Below, in pieces: positions 11,201 through 23,200 of a DNA stretch of 64,000 bases. Under the pieces are notes generated by a model. That model saw only the letters and a list, made by a program, of their open reading frames with translations, searched no databases and had not been told where the DNA came from. This DNA comes from Eledone cirrhosa (lineage: Eukaryota), in the NCBI GenBank assembly GCA_964016885.1, contig OZ024740.1, positions 271,746,001 through 271,810,000 of the forward strand. The letters are read 5' to 3'. The stretch's first letter is position 1, and the number at the start of each line of letters is the position of its first letter. The translations under genes were made by a program, and so were the position numbers.

Positions 11201-14200
11201 ATGCTGTCACTGTCCATGGCCATGCCATTTAATTTCTCACTTCATCAAACTAAATATATGCCATATTATTGTACATCTCAATGATATAAGTAGCAGCAGA
11301 ACTCACTGTATTTGAGTGTTTAGGTAGCTTGCAGTTCTGAGCATGAATTTTTCTGTTGTACATAAATATTTAAATGGGCATCACAATCACTTTTACCCCA
11401 CAAAAAATGTATATATATATAAATATATATGTATATATACACACACACACACACTTGTTACTCAGAAGTTTTCCGTGAAATTCCAGAGTAACAAGACTCA
11501 CTATTTAGCCTTAATAAAATAAATATTTAAATTCTACTTCAGTCAACTACGTATGGATAAATACATTTATATATATAGAATTAAGGTGTTCACACCGATA
11601 TAGATGTATACATATAAGTATGTGTATTTACATATCTAGCGATATACAGTATGTTTATGAATAACCATTTGATAGCTGATGACTAGAGCCATCAGGCAGA
11701 TTCCAGCAGAAGCAGGGTTGGGTAATCTGTCGACGATCCCATTTCTGACTCTGGTCTTTATCAAGAGTGTTTCTCCATCCTGCTCTCTGCTGGAATTCAA
11801 TATTAGTGAAAAAATAGTTTTGACACCTATGTACATGGGCTGATTAACCTCATTTGGATGTGGAGCTGTCAGCCGGCTTGACCTAAAAGTAGAATTAAGG
11901 TGTTCGCTCCGACATAGCTGTATACATATAAGTATGTGTATTTACATATCTAGCGATATGTGGTATTTTTACAAGTAAACGTTTGGAAGCTGATGACTAG
12001 AGCCATCAAGCGGGTTCCAGCAGGGACAGGTAATCTATTTTTGGATGCCCTTCAACCACATTTACGTTTGTGTGTGTGAAATTTGAATTGTATGCATCCC
12101 TCTGTAGACAGTGGTGCATTAATATGAATGGAATCTCCATATCGCTCGGATGACGGGTGTGTGCATTAATCATTATAATAAAGGGGCCAATAATTCTATC
12201 TTTTTAAAAGAACAGGAGTGTATACAAAATAGTTGTTATACAGTCACACACAGGAAGTTGTTAACTTAGAACCATTAAGAAAATTTGAAATGTTTGCATC
12301 CCTATGCAAATGATTGTATTAATAGGCAATCACTGTAAATAATAGTTGAGAAAATAGAATAAAGTATCTCTGGAGATGGAAAAAAGTGGACAGAGGCACC
12401 TGCAAGGAATTCTGAACCCCACATCTAGTGAGCTATTATTTATAGCAATTGACTGTTGTTATGGTCCTTTGAGTTGCACACATTTAAAATTTTCCTAATG
12501 CTTCTTAAGTTAATGGCTTTGTGTGTGTGTGTATATATATATATATATCCAGGGGGTGTAACTAGGAGTTACTGCAGGTTCACCCGGGTGAGCACTCGAT
12601 GTTTAGGTTCACTTCTGTGATGATGTGTAGAGCTATACAGAGTGTAATATATAGAAAGGATAAAAAGGACGATTGATTATTCCTTCATTGCATTTATTGA
12701 TAGGTGACGCGCGTTTCGCCATATATATATATATATATATAATTAGTTTCAGAAGATCCCGTTAAGGGTGAAAGTAGCAATTCTTTGCTTAAACTTTCAT
12801 CTGTTCTTATAATATATATATAGTTAAAAAGTAAAGGTGAAAATCCACAGAAGATTATTTTTCTTTAATCCAACAGAATGAATAATTTTTTAATTTTTAC
12901 ATTAAATATAACCAGCTTCAATTGGTTTAACAAACTTATGAAATATTTAAAAAATGTGTTTTCATATATTTTACCCTCAATGTTTTTTTCAGATTGTGGC
13001 CTCTATGCTGTTGGTTCATCCATGAGTGGGTTTGGAACAAATAAAAGTGATATGGATCTTTGCCTTATGCTTAGCCGGGAACAGGTTAGTTGGCTTGTGT
13101 GAAATTATAAGTTTTAGTGCAATATAGTTACTTTGTTTCTATCACTTTTAGCATCAACACACTACACTAATAGGGAAACTATTAGAATTATTTTCTTCTT
13201 TTTTTATATATATATATATTTAGTCATATTTGCAAAATATCTTCCCCGTATATTCTGTCTAGCATAAAGTTGCACTCACTTTTATTATTAATCACATTAA
13301 TATACTAATTACATCAAGTGAAATATTCTAAATTACTGAGTTACCTAATTAACAGACTTCATTTGCTTCATCTCATCAGTTTAATGTCTGTTTTCCCTGC
13401 TTGCAAGTGTTAAACATGTCATCACAGTCTAGTCAGTACTCAAGTGGAGACTCTGACCTCCATGTTGGTTGAGGGCCCAACATATGATCCTGTGCTCTAC
13501 TAAATGCATTTTATCGTGGTACTAACATTGGAGGTGTGTGGCCTAGTAGTAAGGGTGTTGACTTACTTATAATGTTGTGGGTTCGATTCCTGGGCTGGGT
13601 TGTGTGTTGTTTTCTTGAGCAAAACACTTCATTTCACATTGCTCCAGTTTACTCAGCTGAAAATGTGTACCAGCAATAACTGGGGGTTTAACCCTGTGAT
13701 GGACTTGCGTCCTGTCAAGGGAGGAGTCTTGTACTCTCAGTTGCTGCATGCCATGAAACCGGGATAATCACTGGTCTAACAAGACTTCTGGCTTAAGACC
13801 AACAGTAGGGAAGTTGTCATGCCTTTTGGTATAGCTAAAGAGTTTTCCCAACCCTTTGTTTGGCAGGTTTTCTAAAGCTGGATATCCTTCTTCTCATCAA
13901 CCACTTTACATACATTCAATGAAATTATAATTGTAAACTACATATTTTTTGTATGTTGCTTTCAGAGGTCAATGTGGTTGACTTAAACTCTTGCAGTAGA
14001 TGTAACAGCATGGTGCAGTCCAGTGACTGAAACCAGTAAAAGAATATGTCCTGCAATATTAACTACATGTACTTTTTGTAGATTATGTATGAAGCCACTC
14101 TTTCTTTTAGCACTTTACTGGAGCTCTTTCAATCTCTAAAATAGTTTAGTTTTAGATATTTTCACACTTCAGAATCTGCCAAAACCAAGACTTAAAATTG

Positions 14201-17200
14201 TTATATAAAAAGTATAGTTAACATTCTTCATTATCTATGCTATCCTCTATTTCATCTGTCTTCATAGTTGACTTGTAACAATCATATAAATTTGTGAATC
14301 CTCAATGAATAAAAGATTGCTATTGAACACAAATTATTGAAAAATGGGAGGTTAGTTGATGTTTTTATGCTTAAAAGTTGAATTCTCAACCATGTTACTT
14401 TGGATTTGATCCTACTGCATGGCATCTTGGGAATGAAATTTGGTAGATGGAAACTATGCAGAAGTTCATCATATATATATATATATATAAGATGATGATG
14501 TGTGTGTGTTTGTCTCTGTGTATATTTTCATATTTCCATCACTTAAACAACTGGTGTTATTTGTTTATGTCCTGCAGTGTAGCAGTTTAATGGGTGAAGA
14601 GTGGTGAAATAAAATCAGTACCATATTTTAAAAACTTAATGGTTGTCATAGGGAAGGGCATCTGGCTATAGAATACTGTTTGTAGAAGTCTCATCGAACT
14701 CCCGTCAGCATGAAAAGGCTGGTGTAAAAATGATGATAATAACGAATAGTACATTTCTTTTTACACTATAGATTGACCAAAAATGTGAAGCAACGGAAAT
14801 ATTGAAACTTGTACATAAAGGCTTTAAAAAATGCTGTAAGTGGTTATAACATGTTTTGATTTCAACTCCTTTTAATTTTGTCTTCCAAAGCTACTTGTGA
14901 ATCTTTATTATATATTGGCAGTATCGGTAGAGGGTCGGACGCCATGCGTTCCAGCATAGTTACGATCTGAGTTCAAATCCCGCCGAGGTTGACTTTACCT
15001 TTCATCCTTACGGGGTCGATAAAAATAAAGTACCAGTAATGCACTGGGTAATTGCTGGCCTTGTGCCTAAAGTAGAAACAATTATATTTGAAGTGTGTTC
15101 TAAAAACAGTTTCTCAACTCTTTGAAATACCTTTTTTTGTTTCCCATTTAGCATTTATAACAACCTCACAAGTAATCAAAGCCAAAGTTCCAATTCTCAA
15201 ATTCTGGGATGATATTAGGTAAGAACATTGTTCTATTTTTCTTTTTATAGTTAACTCTTTAAATATTAAGGTTTTGTGTGTAAAGAGAGAGTTTTAGTAT
15301 GCGTCAATTCATAACTCATCATCATCCTCGTTTAACGTCCATTTTCCACGCTAGCATGGGTTAGACTGGACAACATAAAAATGACCATCTCTTTCCCTGC
15401 TTACTGGTTCATCATCATCATCAAACATCCATTTTTCCATGCTAGCATGAGTTGTCCTGTTGTGAGACAAGCCAGGTCAGATAACCATGTTTTACTCATA
15501 CTGAACTGATTTTGGCTTGGTTTCTATGGCTGGATGCCCTTCCTAATACCAACCACAAGTACAGTGTGTACTGGGTACTTTTTGTCATGCCACCTACACA
15601 ACCACTTTACAGTGTGGGCTGGGTGCTTTTTGTCATGCCACCTACACGACCACTTTACAGTTTGATGTTGTTACAGTGAAATTCTGTTATAACGAGATTC
15701 CTGAGGTATAAAAAAATTTGTAACGAAAAATTCTTTATAACAAGATTAACCTAACACATTGAGCATGTGGCCGAGGATTGAAAAAAATGTTGTTATACTG
15801 AAAACTTTGTTATAATGGTATTCGTTATAACTGAATTGTACCTGTATTGGGGAGTCAGTTATTGCACGCACTCTAACACCAACCTCATGTACAGTGTGTA
15901 CTGGATGCTTTTTGTCATGGCACCGACACGACCACTTTACAGTGTTAGTTGAGTGTGTTTTATTGTGTCGCTTACACCAGTGGTCGCCAACATGGGTTCC
16001 GTAAAACAAACTCCGGGTTCCTTAAAAAAATAAATATTTACATTACCATTAATATTTTGGGTTTTCTGAAAAAGGTGCAAAGAAAATGACAAAGGTGCAA
16101 TGTATAAATGAACGAGTACTATTGTAGTGTACACAGGTTCTCCACGCCAATTCGTGGAAAACACTACTTTCAGTTTCTCACTTGAATTAGCAGAAAAACA
16201 CTGTTCTGAGATTCGTGGAAATTGAATACTTTCAATTTCACATCAATTCACATCAATTTTTTGATTTCCATGTGTCTAACACACGTGGGCATGCCCACAA
16301 AGTCAGAAAACAGCACAGTTCCCATGCTTTCGGAAACATTTTTCCACGCTCAGAGTTGCTGAAGCATGGAACAAACTGCCTGCATCGGTTGTTAGCTGTC
16401 GAGACACTGCATCCTTTAAGGCTTCCATGCCTCACGAGATCCGCCAACACTACACCTAATGTTCCCCCTCCATACACATACACACATGTATACCATGACT
16501 ACCTCATACATACAGAATAACACATTTATGAGGGTGGAGCCTCAGGAAAAAATGCAATGTCTTGTAGCTATCTTGGGCCATTTTAGACTGGAAGGTGGAT
16601 GAGGTTAGTCTGAATAAAAGCTTAATTTGAAATGTTGCTAATTAGAGGATAAAGGGGAAAATACAGAGGAGTGTTCCACGAAGGTACCGGTGTTCCGAAC
16701 AACACAGCTGGCTGAAATATTTAGTACAACTGTGGTCCATATTTCAAGAATATATGAAGGTTACTGCAACCAACATTTCTACTAAAATCGAACAAGCTTT
16801 TAACAAAAGGAAAACAATTAAATTTGTTGTCTATTTGAAAAATCTATTTTGCTTTTGTTTGGTATTTAAAGGTTTATATTACTTGTAATATATTGAAAAG
16901 TAATTTTTTTTTTTTTTTGTTTACACTTACCTTTTTTTCAGTAATGTTGAATGTGACTTGAATATAAACAATTCTGTTGGAATTCGAAATACACATCTGT
17001 TAAAGGCCTATGCTAGTGGTATGCATTAAACCAATCTTCCTAGTGTTTTTGTTTCCTTTTTACTTATGCACGTGTTAAATTTCATTTATGCAAATATATG
17101 AGGATTGCCTGAAAAGTTTAAGGCTAACCAAGATACTCTCATGGAATGATCAAATGAAGTATATTTTACAACATAGTCCCTGGAAAGAAAAAATGCAGTT

Positions 17201-20200
17201 CCTAAGAAGAATTGAAATTAATGCCTGCAATATTTTTCAGCACTAGCATCACTCCTTCAAAGTTCATGAACTTTTCACCCTACCCTCATAATTAGAACAG
17301 AATTCTTTTTGATGTGTTGGAAATGCCATTTAATACCTTTATTTGGTAATGTGCTGGGTTTTATCAGTCTAAGAAAGAGGAAATCAATTGACTAAAAATC
17401 CCATACTGTTATTACATTAATTTGATGTAAATATTTGTTCTAGATTTTCCAGTTGTCATATAGATAAGTGCGGGGTCTAATCAGTGCATATTTTGTCACT
17501 TTAAAGTTTTTTTTTTCTGGAACTATTTTAATTAGTAAATATCTGAGATGAATTGTTGCTCTTAAGATAGTAACTTTTTTCATTTTTAAGCACATCTTTA
17601 GAAATAAAAAAATCTTTTTACTATATTTGACCACACTGTAAAGTGGTTGTGTAGGCGCCATGGTAAAAAAAGCACCCAGTACTCATTGTAAATGAGGTTG
17701 GTGTTAGGAAGGGCATCCCGCTGTAGAAACCAAGCCAAAATCAATTCTGTATGAGCAAGCCATGGTCACCTGACCTGGCATTGCCCACAACAGGAAACCC
17801 ATTTAACCCATGCTACCATGGAAGAATGGATGTAAAACGGTGATGATGATGAATCCATTAAGGCGTATGGCCTAGTGGTAAGTGTGTTGTGTTCTTGAGC
17901 AAAACACTCATTTTACGTTGCTCTAGTATACACAGCTGAAAATGTGTACCAGCAGTAGCTGGGGGTTTAACCCTACGATAGACTGGCATCTTCTCCTGGG
18001 GGAGTCGTCATCTCTATCACTTAACACCATGGAAACCTGGATAAACACTAACGTAATGAGTCGCTGGGCTCAGAACAAACTTCAGATATTTGAATCCTGT
18101 CTGTACACATTCAAGAATAAGTACCACTTAAGTGGATAATAGAATTATTAACCTTAGAATTAGAGTTATCATTTTGAATCCAGTTTGATACTATGTAGAC
18201 GAGTGATTCCCAATGTGGGATGCATGCACCACAGCGGAGAGAGGGTAATTTGAAAATGATGTTAATAAGAACAAACTTCAAGGTTTTACCTTATTACTTT
18301 TGCGCCAAGGCAACTTTGGTACACATTACTATATGAAAATCCACCCATATGCCAATTTCTTTACACTTTGCAATTGATCATCATTGTTTTCTTATCAGGT
18401 GGTTGGGTATAGCAATTGTTTAAGATGTTGAGGTGAGGGCATAGTAACACAAAAAGTTGGAACTCCAGATGTGCATAAGTTTTATCTTTGACATCTGATG
18501 ATATCAAAGATCAAACATATTTTAATTTAGTGTAGATGTATTAAAATGCTTCATCTCTTAAGATGCTGGTCAAGAGACTAAAAATTTCTTATTCTATAAA
18601 AGACTGATAATTTTCAATGCGGTAGAAAAATACAAAAGGCAAATGATGACAAATAAAATAAAACAAAGTAATGTTTTATCCAGTGTATTTCAACATGATA
18701 TTTCAGAGCTATACCCTCTTTTCAAATGTGAAGCGAAGACAGTTCAAAAACAAACGATTGATGTGTTTTTCCTTAACAGGCTTTTATTACATATCTATAC
18801 TTCGTATTTACTACACTATCTTATTCTAATTATGGATACATAGTAATTTAGAATATTTTGTATTTTTATATTTTTTCTCCTTTCTAATCTTAGAATAAAT
18901 TGTGTTTGGTGATTATAAGTTTTAGATTTTAGAGCTCTAGAATTAAGAAACTGTTAACTCAAATTGAGAGGAATTTCCATCATATATTATTTCTATTTAG
19001 TGGATTGGCGGGTGCGGCCTTTAGTCCTCTTCATCAAATACTGGTCCCGCTTTCATGATATCAATGATGCTCGGAAGCAGACAATATCAAGTTACTCATT
19101 AGGGCTCATGGTCATTCACTATCTACAATGTAAGTACATTTTATTTTTGTATGAATTTTAAATATATTTGAGGAATTTTTCTGTTATGCATTGTATGACA
19201 TTAAATGATAATGATGATGATGCTGTTTCATTTATGGCACTCTCATCTTGAGCTAATGGAGGAATCCCCTATATGGTGCTTGATCTACTAGAAATAGCGG
19301 CCAAATTCCTTTCAAATCATACCTTACTGTCTAAAGTCTGTCTTGAACCTGGAAGCTTATCAGGTCAGTGCTTATTCTGATTTCCATGGTGTGAAGTGAC
19401 AGAGTACAAGACTTCCCCGCTGGTCAAGATGCCAGTCCATTGCAGGGTTAAACCCCAGCTATTGCTGGCACTCATTTTTAAGTTGAGTATACTGGAGCAA
19501 CATGAAATTAAATGTTTTGCTCAAGAACACAACACAACCCAACCCAATCCAGGAATCAAACCCATGAACATGATCATAAGTTCAACACCCTTGCCACTAG
19601 GCCATAGCCCTCCACACCATCTTAAGCAGACAATGTTTATGATTGACTGTCTGAATAAAAGACAGAATAGTCATGACAGAAATGGTTTTTATCATGTCTG
19701 CCCAATTAGTGTTAACCTACAAGATCTTTATAATGTATGATATGAAATAGTATGTATAATTGGTACAAAGAAGTTTAGGTTTTTGTTTATAATTTATTGT
19801 AACCCCACAAGAAAACACAATTTCAACTGAAACTTTGCCCTATTTTTATGAAAGTTGCATTATCAAAAATCTCTTGTCTGTTAATCATTTAGATTCATTT
19901 TTTGTAAATTTGCATAGATTTTTATGTTTTATCATAGATGTTTGTGAAGGCGCGTGGCTGAGTGATTAGAGAATTGGATTCGCAATTGTGAGGTTGTGAG
20001 TTCGATTTCCGGACCGGGTGATGTGTTGTGTCCTTGAGCAAGACACTTTATTTCACGTTGCTCCTTCTACCTGGAGTTGCGACCAATAGAGAGTATTAGC
20101 AATTAGAAAGACCATTGGAAACATTGTTTCCTCTGTCTGATTTGATGAAAGTCGATCGACATCTCAATAGATGTTTACAATTACAATATTTTACAATTTT

Positions 20201-23200
20201 AATGCATAGTGGCTAAAGCAATCCAGCTTTCAACAGCTGTTGAATAGTATATTCCTTCATCTGTCTAATTGAAAATAAGTTATATTTTCTAAGTAAATGA
20301 TTAACATTAGAACAGCTTTTTACTAAATTGTCAGTAATGCCTATACAGATATCCAATTTCGGAAAAGAGAAAAATAGACAGCCGTGCATATTCTGTCTAG
20401 CATTGAATATGAAAATGTTATTGTGCGGGTTGGCTGAAAAGTTCATAGGCTGACCAAGATACTCTCATGGAATGACCAAATGAGGTTTATTTTTCAACAT
20501 GGTACTTGGAAAGAAACAATGCTTTTATTAAAAAGAAGAGTTGAAATTAAAGCATGCAAGATTTCACATCTTTATAGCCAACCTATGAACTTTTCAGCCG
20601 ACCCTCGTATTTTATTAGTTGATCAGTTTCACTCTGAAATGGTCAAAGGAAACATGTTTTTGTGTTGTTTCTGTTTAGCGTTTGCCAGGCAAGATTGAAT
20701 TGAAAAGTAAATTTCTACAATTTTGATTTTTCATTAACTCTTTAGCATTTAAACTGGCCATATCCAGCCAGAATCCTCTCACCTCTTTCTGTTTAAACTG
20801 GCCATAACCAGCTTCTCATACTTATGTTAAGGTATTGTTCTCAAATTATATCAAAATCTTGTAGATTCGATATTATGTAAGATAAAGTGTTTACTGTGAA
20901 AATATGATCTATATATCTAAAACAGAGAATGTCTGTCTGTCTGTCAGCTCACTAACACTCGAGAACCACCCAACCGATTGTTTTCAAACTTTACACATGT
21001 AATATTTATGGTTCTATGAGTGTTTTGAGAAAACAAAATTTCAAATTCTCAATGCCCTAGGGACCGCATTAGGCGATTTAGCAATCTCGCTCTCTCTTAG
21101 TCTTTCTTTTTAGATAGATATATAGATATAACGTCGCGCCCTTATATCTGTCTGGCTGTCTGCATTACGTCATTATGATGCAATCAGTGTGTATATATAG
21201 TGTATGTATATATATATATTCTTATGCCAGGGAACGTCTTCACGAACCAAAGTATCGTCTTCCTGTTTTCCTTCGGTTGCAACGTTTTTCGAAATATTTA
21301 CTTCTGCGTTCAGATTGATTTTTTTTTTTTTTTAGTTTCAGAAGATCCCGTTAAGTGTGAAAGCAGTGATTCTTTGCTTAAACTTTAATGTTATTTTAAT
21401 ATAGATATTCGTGTACAGATATTTTGCATACACAAAAACAAAATATAAACAAACAAGGCCGGCTATTACATAATCACATGCATCACTGACAGATATTTTT
21501 GCATACACAAAAACAAAATATAAACAAACAAGGCCGGCAATTACATAATCACATGCATCACTGACAGATATTTTTGCATACACAAAAACAAAATATAAAC
21601 AAACAAGGCCGGCAATTACATAATCACATACATCACTGACAGATATTTTTGCATACACAAAAACAAAATATAAACAAACAAGGCCGGCAATTACATAATC
21701 ACATGCATCACTGACAGATATTTTTGCATACACAAAAACAAAATATAAACTGACAAAGGCCAATGATTACTGTGTATATATCTATAGTGTGTAACGTTTT
21801 TCGAAATATTTACTTCTGCGTTCACAGATTGATTTTTTTTTTTTAGTTTCAGAAGATCCCGTTAAGGGTGAAAGCAGCGATTCTTTGCTTAAACTTTACT
21901 CTGTTATTTTAATATATATATATAATTATATATTCGTGTACAGATATTTTTGCATACACAATAACAAAATATAAACAAATGTATTTATTTCACGAGGCTC
22001 GATAAGGATAAATATATATCAAATATATAAGAACCCTAGAGCAAATCCCGAGCAACGCCGGGCCATTCTGCTAGTAGTAAATATAATGTAAATGTTAAAG
22101 GGTTAAAGAAACTTATAGCACTTGAAAATAGACAAATTAGTAGAAATGCTTTTGCGATCTTGTCCGCAGGGCGGATCCCCAAAACTGCCATGCCCTGGGC
22201 CTAGAGCCCATCCCCTTTCCTTCATTTTCCATTTTTAAATATCTGTAATGTTGTTATTTGAAATAGATTTGTTTAGGATTTATATTAAAGATTTTGAAAA
22301 TTATTTGACACATGTTTATATATTCAAATTTACAATAAATATTGAAACTTACTTTATATGAATTGTAAATTCTGCAATATTAAAGAAAATATGTATATTA
22401 TTTATTTTCAGATGGTTGTTCTCCACCAGTATTACCATCATTGCAAAAACTCTATCCAGTATGTTTTTTTTTTTGTTTTTTTGTTTTTTTTTAGTATGTG
22501 TGTGTGTTATTTAGTTTATTTGATACTGAACCACCAAAAACTGGTACTGGTTTAATCTTACAAAACTTTTTTCTTCTTAGAGCATTTATATTTATCTTAA
22601 AACCTTCCTTCATAATTTTATGCAAAAAGCTTTTTTAATTTATGTTCCAAACACCAGCTTAATAATCTTTAGTTATATTATTTGATCTTTCTCTCCCTCC
22701 CTCCTGGGCGATGGAAAGACAGTCTCGGTAGAGCATTGGATAACCTGCTTTTCGGTATATAGTTACGTCCCTTTACATTCTGAGTTCAAATCCCACCAAG
22801 GTTAGCTTTGCCTTTCATCCTTATGAAGTTGATAAAATAAAGTACCAGTTTTGATCTTATTTGTAAGTAGAAGTTGATGGATATTTTCACTTCAAATCCT
22901 ACAAATATGTTGATAGTTTTACTGTTATTTTAAGTTTTATTTCTAGTTTGATACTTTCTTGCAATAAAAATGGTCTTGTACTATGCATTCTTTTGTTTAT
23001 GAGTAACAAGGATGTGTGACATTCATGTTAAAATCTAAAGGAGATAAAGTGGTTTGCCTTTTAACTCTTTATTTACAAACCCGGCCAAAACTGGCCCTGG
23101 TTCTATGAAATAAAACCACCCATTTTAAAGATTTCCAATTTAAATTAAAATCTTCCAACCATCTGGTGTACCACAGGGATCTGTTCTTGGTCCTCTTTTG

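Larger units (their letters stand above)
20734..22106. mobile_element. TTAA-flanked (piggyBac-type) MITE interrupted by a Helitron
   Basis: TTAA-CTCTTTAGCATTTA..TAAATGTTAAAGGG-TTAA. Uninterrupted copies of about 220 bp at 47620-47847, 39170-39385, 43491-43710, 63698-63926. Confidence 0.88.

Noticed and set aside
21338-21763. 141-aa ORF with 25-aa hydrophobic repeats
   Set aside because: A translation of the 75-bp minisatellite inside the Helitron, not a gene.
21415-21770. CRISPR-like appearance of regular repeats (also 25501-25842)
   Set aside because: Units are head-to-tail with no unique spacers, in a eukaryotic context with no cas genes.
23148-23164. 17-nt match (AAATCTTCCAACCATCT) to CR1 sequence about 875 bp further upstream in the element, suggesting a 5' template jump
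   Set aside because: Most of the match can be explained by the host MITE sequence plus the true CR1 start, so it may be coincidence.
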